64,000 nucleotides of DNA. Source: Azolla caroliniana (taxonomy: Eukaryota > Plantae > Polypodiophyta). The notes under the pieces are model-generated. The model made no database searches. It saw only the letters and a program-made list of their open reading frames with translations, and was not told the DNA's origin. The DNA is taken from assembly GCA_043228905.1 (NCBI GenBank), contig JBHGNT010000014.1:1488001-1552000 (forward strand), given 5' to 3'. The position numbers and the translations under genes were made by a program. Every line of letters starts with the position of its first letter. Positions within the stretch are counted from its first letter, which is position 1. This document shows positions 37,601-50,700 of this stretch, piece after piece.

Positions 37601-37970
37601 CATGTGTTACCCGTAAGAATATACATAGATGCATAAGGGGTGAAACATGATAATGTGGTTGATGTGTATGTGTAATGTGTATGGGTGTGTGAGGATGAGC
37701 ATGTGCATTAACACATGCACATTTGTGTGCATGTGTACAAAAGTGAGAGAGTGGGTCAGTAATGTAACTCCCTGCTTGTCTCATTCTTTTGCAATGGTTA
37801 CCTCATGTACTATATAAACCCCTTATGGGGCATGTAATGGAGATAGATTTTTCCCTCTCATTTTCTTTGTTATTGTTTCTCTTTCCCTCTCTCTCTCTCT
37901 CTCTTCCTCACACGTAACCCCCTTGGGAGGGGGGCGGAGCCATTGTGGCTTCAACCCCCCACCCATAACA
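34606..37970 (+). mobile_element. Non-autonomous three-LTR element (LTR-PBS-internal-LTR-PBS-internal-LTR), TRIM/LARD-like
   Basis: LTRs TGTTACCCGT...AACA at 34606-34947 (5' end cut), 35986-36329 and 37605-37970. PBS-like TAGCACGCCGAGTGGGA at 34949 and TGGCATGCCT at 36334. No recognisable TE protein motifs. Confidence 0.8.
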
Positions 37971-38243
37971 ATCACACACTACGCCTTTCAAAACAATATT
38001 TGGTCAAATGTGTGCCCAACAACTAAACGTTTACAATCAATGAATACCAACAACTATGATCGATCATCATATACTATCATAGCAATTAGTGAACGCACCT
38101 TTGTTTTTATTCACGCAATCAATCGTTTAATGCCACACCAAACACCCACAACCAATCAATCACAAAATCAATTAACCAATCAAAGACACCAACTGTTTAT
38201 TGCCACACCAATAGTCGCAATCAATCAACCAAACACAACCAAT

Positions 38244-38550
38244 CCATCATTACCAGTTGCTATGCGATTGGAAAACACTCGATCGATCTATCAATCAATC
38301 AAACAACCAGTCCATCATTATCAGTTGCTATGCGATTGGAAAACACTCGATCGATCTATCAATCAATCAAACAACCAGCCCATCATTATCAGTTGCTATG
38401 CGATTGGAAAACACTCGATCGATCTATCAATCAATCAAACAACTAGTCCATCATTATCAGTTGCTATGCGATTGGAAAACACTCGATCGATCTATCAATC
38501 AATCAAACAACCAGTCCATCATTATCAGTTGCTATGCGATTGGAAAACAC
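38244..38550 (+). repeat. 68-bp tandem repeat (4.5 copies) in the HCAR proximal upstream region
   Basis: CCATCATTATCAGTTGCTATGCGATTGGAAAACAC starts at 38244, 38312, 38380, 38448 and 38516. Confidence 0.95.
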
Positions 38551-38740
38551 CGACTCAGGCTATGAATCAACGTGCTCTTCTTCTTCGTGTCTAGTGTTTC
38601 CCACAACACCGTGTGAACACAACCCTCAGCTTGTATCATTCTCTCTCTCTCTTCTCTTGGGCGATTCCTTGACACTCCCTGGCCCTGCTTCTCTCTCTCT
38701 CTCTCTCTATCAGAGTCTGATTTGCTTCTAGGCAGGCAGC

Positions 38741-41700
38741 ATGTTGCTATCTCCATTTCGACACTTCTTCTCACTTCCCACTTCATCATTTCCTGCTCTG
38801 ATTCTTCAGAAGCACCGGAGGAGCCTCCAATGCCGAGCCAGTGATGGTACAAATCCCGTCCATTGTTTCATTTGTCTTTGTTTCTAATCCATCCTTCTTC
38901 TTCTGAGAAGATCTTAATTTGAATCGCTTTTGATATTTTCTTCTTCTTTTCCTTCTGCAGATGAATCATTGAATTGGCGCCAAAAGTCCAAACCGATAAA
39001 GCCAGGGAGTGCTTACCCTGCCAAAGAAAATTGCAGGCAAGTAAAAATTGAAATTCATTTCTTCTGAATAATGTTCATTTTCTCCCTGTATTTTCCAAGG
39101 ATTCTACATTGCCTTCGCTGGATACATATGAAAATGGCCTCTCTTTATCCTCTCCTGTAATAATAACTAAACTTATCTAGAAAACATTATTGCAAGCGTT
39201 CAGTTTTTAATCTATGACATGAAAAGGGTCTCTCTCTCTCTCGCTCTCTCTCTCTCTTTACCATTTAATTACAACCAAGACAACGTTTTTAATTATTTTT
39301 ACACTGTTTACATTTGAAAGGATGTTATTTTACCTGCATGCATGAATGCACATGAAAAAGGCTCCTACTTAACCCTCTTGCAATGGGTTATGTTCTGAAA
39401 ATAATGGGCGTGAAATGGAACAACTCATTCTCAATTTAAAGCAAATATGCAAGAGTGCACCGTGGAATGGGTCTCTGGGCTCATCTTCATCCTTTCTTGT
39501 ACTGAAAGAAATAGTGCAAGAATGCACATGAAAGGGCTTTTTCTTTTGTAATGTAAGCAAACTAAAACTTGTAGTGCAAGAATCCACACAAAAATCATCT
39601 TGTAACCCAACTTCATCCTTTCTTGTAATGAAAACAGAAAGACCTGTCTGCCTATGTGGCTATGAAGAAAATAGAATTGAGAAAATGATCTAAACCTGCT
39701 CTGTACTATCATGCTATGTGGGGCTTGGAATGGGCACAAGTCAAAGTATTTGGAAGCTTTGCATATGCATTTTTGCCACCAGAACAGCACCATAAACACT
39801 AAGATAAAGCAAAAATGTATATTTTCGTTGGCTATAGGAATGAAAGCAAAGGCAATAGACAGTTTCAGCCCAACACTAGTAAGATTACCATCAATTAGGA
39901 GAGGTTGCAATTGCCGAAAATGAATTTCAACCACTCATAGATTGCTCCAAAGAGTCCATTCTTGATCAATCAAATGCATATGTTATTCCTACAGCTCTCA
40001 AATGCAGAGATTGAAGGTGTTCAACTAACTGAAACTCATGGAGATAATGTGTATGTTTTGCAAGAGCAACAACATAGTCAATTCAGAGCAGCCCAGAAGA
40101 CTCAGATGAGTCTCTTATGACAGTTTCATGTGGCTGAAAACGAGCAGACAAACATCGATGCCAAAGATGTTGATTTATGGGTCCTTCATCAATATGACAT
40201 TGGCATGGCATTCAAAGAAGAACAAGCTTCTTTTGTCTTTGAAAGATCTCTAGCATAGGTCAATCCAGAATGGAAATGTCTCCGAAGCGAGGGAAGCACC
40301 TACGATGGCGGGAGATAGTGGCTTTTATCTGTCGATGACAAGGGTGTCGGGGTCGTGGTCCATGGGGCCGGGGCCTACATGCACGACAAATTGCTATTGC
40401 CCGATCAATTGTAACCCCTTTGTTATGTCTTGGTTTGGAGCCCATTTGTGTATCCCGTGATGGACTTGTAGCATTAGTATGAGTGATGGGGCTAAAGAAA
40501 GTTGTGATTGTTCTTTGTGGATGAGCTTGTGTGGCTGTATTCTTCAACAACTTTTCCCGATGTCTCATGAGCTCTAGCAAGAAAAGTCCTAGGCATCGTT
40601 GGTCCTTATATTCCATTACGTTGCGTAGTGGGCCAAAGTCTTGTTTAAAGAGGCAATGGTATCTCCCTCTGATTTCATAAAAGACACTACAATGACAAAC
40701 ATAGTGTTCCTCAGATTCCACTCCTTGATGACACAATAGGCAAATTCTCTCTTCTAGGGGTAGTCATGTATATCTGCCTACCTTAATCTGTAGCTGATGT
40801 GATGAAGTTCGCAACTGGCCTATCACACTACGCAGCGCATAGGATAGATGTATGTCCATATAAGGTGGCCAGATAACGAATCCATCCACCGATGTATGTA
40901 AGAAGTGTGTCTTATAGTGGGCCATCTTTGTACCAAGTGGTATTTTGGGGGTGATCCATGTTATCTTGTTTTCCAACTTAATAATATAAGTTCGGATCAC
41001 TTTGTTCTTTTCCACTTTGGTCATATTTAGATGGGGACAGTCCAAGCTATATTGGAACGGGGGTAGTGCATTTATACTCATGCCATGTGACTTGAACCAT
41101 TGCTGCATTTCAGCATACCAACAATGAGTGTCTCCATTTCAGCCAGTTGTCTTGATGACATAACTGCCAACCTTGGGTGCCTTCGTTTAGGGAGCTCCCA
41201 AAGACATTGGATAAATGTCACTGATTAGAACAATGCCTCGGTTATTATAGGTGCTGCTCCCATCTCTGCCCGGATTATATCGTGGGGCACCGATGCTTTG
41301 CTCCTTATCATGCGAGCAATCATTGACACTAAAGGTCTCTCTAAATCTTTCCAATGATTTGCCTTGTTAAGACTCGGTCCCCATGTTTCTACTCCATAGA
41401 GAAGAGTTCATGTGACAAGTGTATCAAATAACCATAACTTAGTTCGTGGCTCTTGGAATTGCAAATGTGCACATTGTCTCTTGAGAGCACCAAGGTCTGC
41501 ATATCCACGAGAAAGTCGGGCACAAGCAACCTCATGTAAGGAGAACCTAGGTCCTATAAATGTTACTCCTAGGTATGTGTAGGAGCGTGTGTATTCCACC
41601 TTTTCCTCTCCCAAGAAGAATTCTGGTTCTGATCTTGTTACCCATGCTTGAGTGGTGTTAAACACCATCACTTTAGTTTTGTCCATGTTGATTGACAAAC

Positions 41701-44700
41701 CTTTGTCCGTACAAAATAGTTTTAAGGCATTTAGATGTCTTTGTAGTCCCTCCGGAGAGTTAGAAATCAGCACAATGCCATCAGCATATAGTAATATTTG
41801 TATAGCTATACCTGCTAGACGTGCTCCGGAACCCCCGAATCTCTCTATGTAATGTGATACCTCATCTATATAGAGACCGAAGAGAGTGGGGGATAGTGGG
41901 CATCCTTGCTTCACTCCAATTGTGCTAGCCACCGCCTCTAACAAGCCCTTGGAAGGCCGCACTTTCCTGACATGGATTCATAGAGTGCATAGTTTCCCCA
42001 TTGCATATATGTAGGAACACCAAGGGCGTCTAGCCGCTGCATAAGCCGAGCACGTGGCACAGTGTCAAAGGCTTTTCGGAAATCCACAAAGCAGCAATAA
42101 ATCCTCTTATTGTGGGCTCTGCCCTCCTCAATAAGGGCCCGGAGGGTGAATATGTGATCCAAAGTTGTGAACCTTGTGAGAAAAGCTGTTAATAGCAGCA
42201 GCGGAAGACTTAAAACAAAATAGGCACAGCCAGGCTGTGAGAAGGCTGTTAGACAGCAGCAGAAAAAATGGTTGCAAAGAGTAGAGACACAGCCAAGGAA
42301 TAGAGCTCGTTTTAAGTAGCAAAAAAGAAAATGAAAACTTATACAAAAGAGGCTGGTATAGCCTATTTATACAAAATTGGGGAATGTGGGTGAAATGGCT
42401 GTTTGGTAGTTAAGTGACTCTTGTACTACCAAACAGGTACAAAAAACTAGGAATATCTTGGAAAAGGTAGAAGAGAGAAAAGGCATTTAAAGCATTGCAG
42501 ATTCTAGAGAGAGAAGGCATTTAAAGAGTTGCAGATTCTAGAGAGAGAAGAATCTGAGAAAAGAGAGAATGTAGTACAAAGATAATAAATATGAAAGAGA
42601 GTGCAGGGCTGGAGCTGCCACCCTCCAACACCTCCTCTCAGCTCCAGAACGGCAGTCCAACATTGAGTCGATCAAGGAGCTGATCAATGGCTTGCCTTGG
42701 AAGTGGCTTAGTAAATAAATCAGCCACATTTTCTTGAGTAGGGCAATATGCCAAGTTGATGACTTGTGATTTCACTAAGTCACGAACAAAATGGTAGTGC
42801 ACTTCGATGTGTTTTGTTCTACCATGAAATGCTGAGGTATGTGCCAAGGCACGTGCACTTTGGTTGTCGGTGAAAACTGCAATAGGAGAGGCTTGCAAAA
42901 CACCAATGTGAGAAAACAATTGCATCAACCATAGCAACTCACAGCAAGTATCCAAGTAGGCGCGATATTCAGCTTCCGTCAATGAAGTAGAAACTGAGTT
43001 TTGCTTCTTCGATTTCCAAGAAATCAAGCCTGAACCTAACATAAAACAATAGCCAGATGTGGACCTTCTAGAATCAATATCACCTGCCCAATCAGCATCT
43101 GAGTAGCCAACAAGTTCAATGCCGCCTCTAAAAGATAGACCATAGTCGAGTGTGTTGGCCAAATACCGAAGAACTCGAATAGCTGCTTGCCAATGACTTT
43201 GTCTTGGAGCAGTTGAGAATTGGCTGAGAATACTCACGCTATAGGACAAATCAGGCCTGGTATAAGTTAAGTGAAGAAGGGACCCGATTAATCTCCTATA
43301 TTTCGTGATATCCTCAAATATGGGAGAATCGTCTTCACGAGATAGCTTTGAGTTTGGATCCATTGGACAGGAGAGTGGCTTGCAATTTGTCATGCTATAG
43401 GTCTCAAGGAGCTGCCTGAGATACCTATGTTGGCTGAGAAAGATACCACCATGTGATTGATAGACCTCCATACCTATGAAATAATGGAGAAGTCCTAGAT
43501 CAGTCATTTCAAAGGTTGTTTTGAGGTCAGCGCGGACCTCCTCGATCTTAGATGCAAGGGACCCTGTAATTAGAAGGTCGTCAACATATAATATGATCAA
43601 GCAAAGCAAATTATCTTGGGAAAAAACATAGAGATTGCTGTCAGCATTACAGTTTTGAAACCCAAGAGAAAGAAAGAAGCTATCAATTTTGTCATGCCAA
43701 GCTTTGGGAGCTTGCTTTAAGCCATACAAGGCTTTGTGTAACTTGTAGACCATGTTTTTCTGCTCTAAAATCTCGAAACCTGGAGGCTGTTCAACATAAA
43801 CCTCCTCTTTCAAGTCACCGTTAAGGAAGGCTGACTTGACATCCATTTGAAAAATGGCCCATTTGTTGTGAGCAGCAAGTGCAAGCGCACATCGGATAGA
43901 TGTGTACCTTGCTGTTGGAGCAAAAGTTTCCTCATAATCCACTCCTTCAACTTGTGAGTAGCCTTTTGCCACTAAACGTGCCTTGTGCTTATCCAAAGTA
44001 CCATCAACATGGTATTTGGTCTTGAAAATCCATTTCAATCCAATGACTTGTCAATGTGGAGGCCGTGGGACCAGCTCCCATGTATGATTCCGCTCAATGG
44101 AATCAAGTTCAACTTCCATTGCTGCTTTCCACTTTGGAAGAACAAGGGCCTCTTTTGCTGTTGTGGGTTCTTTTGATTGCACAACAGTGCACAATAAGGC
44201 AAAGTTGCATGAGTGAAGAGGCCGTTGTGACTTACGTGTTCGAGAACCAGATGCATACTCATGAAGTTCAGCATCGGAGAGATGAGAATCACGAATGGTG
44301 GCTTGAAGCCACTTGGGAAGTGGTGGAAGCTGGTTTGTAGAGGGAGTGGAAACAAGTGGAGTTGAGGGAGAGGTTTGAATTGTTGGCGAAGTTAGAGATT
44401 GAGTAGGAGGAGATGGGGGGCTTGAAGATGAGACATCTTCGTCTAAAATAGGAGATTCCGGAGGAGCTTGGATTTCAACCATGAACTCAGGTAAAATCCT
44501 AGAGTCATCCGGCTGAGACTCCACAAAATGAACATCCCTAGATATGACTAGGGACTTTGACTCTAAATCCCATAACCTGTATGCTTTAGATTGTGTGCTG
44601 TAACCAAGAAATTTGCATTTCTTGGTTTTGGACTCAAATTTCGTCCTTTTATGATCTGAAATGTGAACATAAGCATCACAACCAAAGACTTTAAAATGAG

Positions 44701-47700
44701 ATACTGAGGGCTTTACACCTGTAAATGCTTCTTCAGGCGTCATTCTAGCAACTGCTTTTGTTGGGCAGCAGTTGATGATGTAGACTGCTGTGTTGACAGC
44801 TTCACCCCAAAACGAGAGAGGAAGATCAGATTGAGATAGCATCGTATGAGCCATCTCTTGGACTGTCCGGTTCTTCCTTTCCACGACTCCATTTTGTTGA
44901 GGAGTATTGGGTGTAGAAAATTGGCGAGCAATGCCTCGTTGAGAGCAGAAATGGTGGAAAGCTTTGGAGATAAACTCTCCACCATTGTCCGACCTGATCT
45001 TTCGAACTTTCTTCGATGTCTCGTTCTCCACGAGAGCAATGCCTCGTTGAGAGCAGAAATGGTGGAAAGCTTTGGAGATAAACTCTCCACCATTGTCCGA
45101 CCTGATCTTTCGAACTTTCTTCGATGTCTCGTTCTCCACGAGAGCTACCCATTCTTGAAATTTTGCGAAGACTTGGGATTTTTCTACAAGAAAATAAACC
45201 CAAACCTTGCGGGAGAAGTCATCAATTATAAGCATGAAGTAGCGTGCACCACCAAGAGTAGTGGTTTTCATGGGACCACAAAGATCCATGTGCACTAACT
45301 CCAAGATAGATGTTGCTCGGTGAGTGGCTTCATGAGGGAAAGGCTCTCGATGTTGCTTGCCATGAAGACAAGCAACATATGGGGTATTGGGAGATTTGAA
45401 AATAGGAAGACCCTCAACTAGTTGGGAGGAGGAGAGCTTTTGAAGAGAATCATAGTTGAGATGACCAAACCTAGCATGCCACAACGTGGGATCTTCTTGT
45501 GCCACCAAGGCATGAGAGCCTTGAAGAAGATGAAGAAGATGAGATTTGGAGTTTTCCAAGGGGCTATGGGAGCTTTTTAGGCGATATAAACCCCCTTCGT
45601 GTGTGCCACTAGCTACAATTTGTAGGCTGTTGGTGTCAATCACTTCCAAAACTGAGCTATCAAAGTAGACTCCATAACCTTGCTTGGTGATTTTGTAAAC
45701 CGAAAGTAGGTTGGTAGAGATGTGAGGCACATGTAGCACATCTTGAAGAACGACAGGTTCTTCACTTGAAGAATTGTCAAGAACCACATTACCCACACAT
45801 GAAGCCTCAATGCTTGAGGCATCTCCTATAGAGATTTGGGAAGAGCTAGGCTTCACATCATGCAAAATGGATTTGTCATAGGTCATGTGTGAAGTGACAC
45901 CACTATCTACTAACCACTCATCGATGGTTGAAGTAGTTGGTCCAGCCAAATGTGAAGTATGTTCCTCAATGCCAAGGAAAACTGTTTCTTTGGCTGAGTG
46001 GGCCGAGTTGGATTTCGGTGTAGGTTGATTTCTGGTAGAAGAAGAGTTCTTAGCATTGTCCCTTTTCTTTTTCCGACAATCTGGCTGAATGTGACCTTTG
46101 TAGCCACAATAATGACAAGTGAGCTCCTTGTAAGCTGGGTTGTTTGGCGGTCTTGGATTGGGTTTGTTGTAGGAGTTACCATTTTGCTTCCACTTGCCTT
46201 TACTTGTCGCATGTAGAAGCGTCTCATTGGAAGTTTGAGCACTTTTCTTCCTTGTTGCCCTATCTTGTAGCATACCAAGAAATGTATTCATGTCAGGTGT
46301 GTTGGGAAGAAGAGAAATGGTGTCACAAAAGGCTGAGAATGACTCAGGCAACTTTATCATTAGACGATGCACAAACTCAACTTCAGTGGACTTGCTTCCC
46401 AAAGAAACTAGTTCCTTTTGGAGAGTGACAAATTCCGTTATTTGATCCATGATGTTGGGAGTGTCATGAATCTTGAGATTTGCTAGTTGGCTTTCAATAG
46501 CTATCATTTGAGCATGATTAGCTCGATGATACCTCCTTTTGATGGCTGTCCATAGTTCATTGGCTGTCTCGTCATCTTTATCTTGAAATTGACGAGCGAT
46601 GCTCGGTTTAATATTAAACATGAGGAAAGCATGAGCACGAGAATCCTTATCTAGCCAAGCTTCAATCTCAGCGTTAGATGAGCCAGCAACTGATTTGGTT
46701 GAAGAGGATGAAGTTACTGGTGGTTTCTTGTCACTACCATTGACTACATTCCATAAACGATGGTATTGTAGCAAGGTCTTTATTTGTAGCTCCCAATCCA
46801 AGTAATTGTTCCCATCCAAGATGGATTCTTTGGGGAGTTGGGGAATGGTTGATGAAACAATGGTGGCATGTGAGGCCATGGATATCCTCCTCTTGAGCTA
46901 CAGCTGGACAATTTACAGCAGTTGTAAGTAGATACTCAGGGTCTTTCTACTTCTCCCTAGATGCTAGGTGAGGCTCAGATAAGGGGAAAAGAAAACAGAA
47001 GAGCCTCCTCTGTAGGGTTGGGAGGGAGGGATAAAAGAAGATAGGTCTGTGTGCTCTTTGGCAAAAAAAAATCAGGCTGAGGATATGGAGACCTCACTGC
47101 TCTGATACCATGTGAGAAAAGCTGTTAATAGCAGCAGCGGAAGACTTAAAACAAAATAGGCACAGCCAGGCTGTGAGAAGGCTGTTAGACAGCAGCAGAA
47201 AAAATGGTTGCAAAGAGTAGAGACACAGCCAAGGAATAGAGCTCGTTTTAAGTAGCAAAAAAGAAAATGAAAACTTATACAAAAGAGGCTGGTATAGCCT
47301 ATTTATACAAAATTGGGGAATGTGGGTGAAATGGCTGTTTGGTAGTTAAGTGACTCTTGTACTACCAAACAGGTACAAAAAACTAGGAATATCTTGGAAA
47401 AGGTAGAAGAGAGAAAAGGCATTTAAAGCATTGCAGATTCTAGAGAGAGAAGGCATTTAAAGAGTTGCAGATTCTAGAGAGAGAAGAATCTGAGAAAAGA
47501 GAGAATGTAGTACAAAGATAATAAATATGAAAGAGAGTGCAGGGCTGGAGCTGCCACCCTCCAACAAACCCCTTCTAAAAGCCTGCCTGTCCAACTGGAC
47601 GGCAACCATTCTGCTTTGTCCATATACTCAATTCTGTTTCTAGAATCGACCCATATAGTTTAGCCAAGTAATGGCCAATCATGATTGTCCTATAGTTGCT

Positions 47701-50700
47701 TGGCATCATGGGGTCTCCACCCTTGAGGATTGGCACAATGGTATGTTGAGTCCATCTAGTAGGGAAACCTTCACACATGGCTCTATTAAAGATGTGTGCT
47801 AGCAATGGGAGCAAGGTGTCACGGGCATAGATAAAGTGCTCACCCACCAATCCATCATGATCTTGGGCCTTCCCAAATTGTAGCCGATCAATGGCATTTC
47901 TTACATTTTGTGGTGTAAAGAAGGTTGATTCATGTGGGCATGAGGCATTTAGGTGGGGAAGAGGAGGTTGCCCCGGGATATCATATAGAACCTTTGCATA
48001 TTCATGCCACACCTATGGTGAGGTTAATTGTGTGGTGGGTTGCTTCTCATTAAACATTTTCCATGCTCTTTTACTCTCTTGTCCTAGAAACCAGCGATAC
48101 AAATTATCTTCAAATTTAGCCAAATACAATCTCTTCTTCTTCCTTACGAGGCGTTGGAAGGTTGCTCTCTCTTGGTTGTGTGTATAAATGCCCCGTGTTA
48201 CATCACGCTGCAAGCATCTCCTTGTATCATGACATTCCTTATCATACCAACTATTTTGTATTACTCTACCAAGTTTGGGGGGATTGGCCGATGTGTGAGG
48301 GAAGGCATTTGTGGCTGCTTTATGCAATGATTTGGACAATCCGTGGGTAAGCTCTTCAAGGGGTGCGAAAGGATCCAAATCTAGCATGCCATTGTATACA
48401 CAACTATATACATCAATTGTCTTGCGAGTAAATAGATACTTAGCCAGCCCACTCTCCTTAGCATATACATCCTTTGTGCATCCATCCATTACCTCGAAGC
48501 GTAGATATGCATGATTTGCTGCCAAGCCAATAGGTCTACCCGATATTGTGAAGACTGTTATTTCAGGTATAAGAGATGGAGATCCCATTAGATAATCGAC
48601 TGTGCTTGCACCCCCTTTTGGGTTCCAACATGTCAAAGCATCTGATCCAAGCCATTGTGACAAGCCATTATATATCACAAATCTATGCTCACTTCCCAAG
48701 GCTAGAAGTGTTTTCCATATTCAGTTATAGCACTCATATCTTGAGCTTGTCGCTTTAGACCAACCTCTTCTGCCATAACTTCTCCATAAACAGCCTCATT
48801 GGTGTTAAACATAGTTGGTTGTTCATCCTTGGTTCGTACATTAAAATCTCCTAATAGTATTATGTCCCCCATAGTAGCAAACCTTATGATATCATCATAT
48901 AGTGGTAGATATGGTGATTCACCTAGAGGTGCAAACCTTGAGTAGCCAGGTGGAAAGTAGCAAATTGCAATATATAACTCCCTAAGATCCCCTCTTTTTA
49001 TTCGTATCCACATGTAGCGTGCATCTACATCCTTATGGACAGCATGCACTCTATCATGGAGCTCCTTTTTGTATAGCACAGCCACTCCTCCCGAACCTCT
49101 AGTGCTTCCTTGTGTCCGAGGTTGGGGGCGACATATTGACTCCCAGCTATATCCTTGTACCTCGGGGACTTTGCTAGCCATGCATTGGTGAGTCTCTGTA
49201 TACATAGCAATATCTGTGTTTTTCAACGTATCTTCAAAATATTCGACATCTGTCCTTAGAGAGCCGTTGCAATTCCATATGGTCATGCATAGGGTCTCAT
49301 AGGCCATATATCGTCATGCGGTCCTCTTCTTTGTAATAATGACCTTGCCATCTCTATAAACGGCCCATTTTCCTTCCTTGAGAGAGGCATAAAACTCGGT
49401 TTTCTGTTTCTCTATCTCCTTTTTCATTTCTTCTTTTGGTGCTATTTCTATATCCTCTCTAATAAGATTGATCTCTTGCGCAATCAAATGGCGTAATAGA
49501 TCATATTTCCCATTTTCGACATCAAATGGAATGTCGAATGGGGTCGGCGTTCTTGGTGCCTTGTGCGCCCTATTCGGGGTGCTTCCATCCCGTCCTTTTT
49601 GTCTATGGTATCTTCTTTGGGTCTTCCATGGATCTGGACCCTCGTCATGCGTGTTAAGATCCATCTTTTCATTTTATGTCCATTCAGACTCCATGGTGTC
49701 TTAGGACAGCAGGTACAGGGTATGTGATGCTGAGGGCAGAGGGAACAATATAGGTTCCAGGAATTTCTACTGGCAGAAAACACAGAGGAACAGATTTGGC
49801 AGAAAATGCAGAAGACCAGGCATTGTAGAAAATGTAGAGGACAAACATTGCAGAAAATGCAGACAAACATTGACATTGCTGAAAACATAGAGGATTAGAC
49901 ATTTCTAGAATATATTATTATAAAAGCAATACCAATTCCTTACACTAAATACAACCACAACACCAAACCATTAATATCATCCCCATTCATGATCACTATT
50001 TCTTCTCCTTCCTCCTAAAACGTTTCTTCTTTTCCCCCTTTTTATGTCTAAGAATCCCCTCCTATTTATAGGTTGCATTCTTAATAAACCATTCTTTCTT
50101 TTTAATGGATATACTTGAGTTTATGTGAGGCGTTCAAGATTTTTATAATATGTCCTAAATATAGATCTCGTCTTTTAACACCAACCTACCTTTTCTATCA
50201 CTATTTCTTCTCTATAACATCAATTTTGGCAACAAGACATTGTTGGAAAACTCTTGTTGTCAGAGTTTTAATGGATTTTTTCTTTCTAAAATTGGATATC
50301 AGATAAAGAAGTTATGAGCGTTTTTCTCTATCGGAATCTTCTTATCCATGACTTGCGTTTTTTCTACTTTTTGACTTTTTTGAAAAACGCCTTTATTCTT
50401 ATCCATTATAGTTTCGTCCTTCTTTAATTGTTGTGATGCTTGAATCCTCGATATTGACCTTTATTCTTCAATGCCCTAGTGTCCAATGCATTTGCAACCA
50501 TCTTTTCTTTGGAATAAAAACTGATTTCACAGGTATCTCAAAGGCACTCTAGTATTCACTGATAGCAACTGAACTGTTTGCTATGAAACTTCTGTCCACA
50601 CAACGAGTCCGTTTCTTGATCAGTGATTCTCAGCAAGAAGCTGTCTACAGTGGCAATGTCAAGTTGTGAAGTCCAATACAGCCGCTTTGAGTGTTTTGGT

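Larger units (their letters stand above)
40260..49900 (-). mobile_element. LINE (short ORF1; ORF2 with APE endonuclease, RT and C-terminal CCHC), decayed, in HCAR intron 2 and split by Copia-D; ends approximate
   Basis: Motifs [52 protein letters not shown] and [15 protein letters not shown]. Frame [18 protein letters not shown] is continuous across Copia-D. Confidence 0.9.

Noticed and set aside
40249-49911. TCTAGCATA / TCTAGAATA as the LINE TSD
   Set aside because: The match is short and imperfect, and no tail is visible, so the LINE ends remain approximate.
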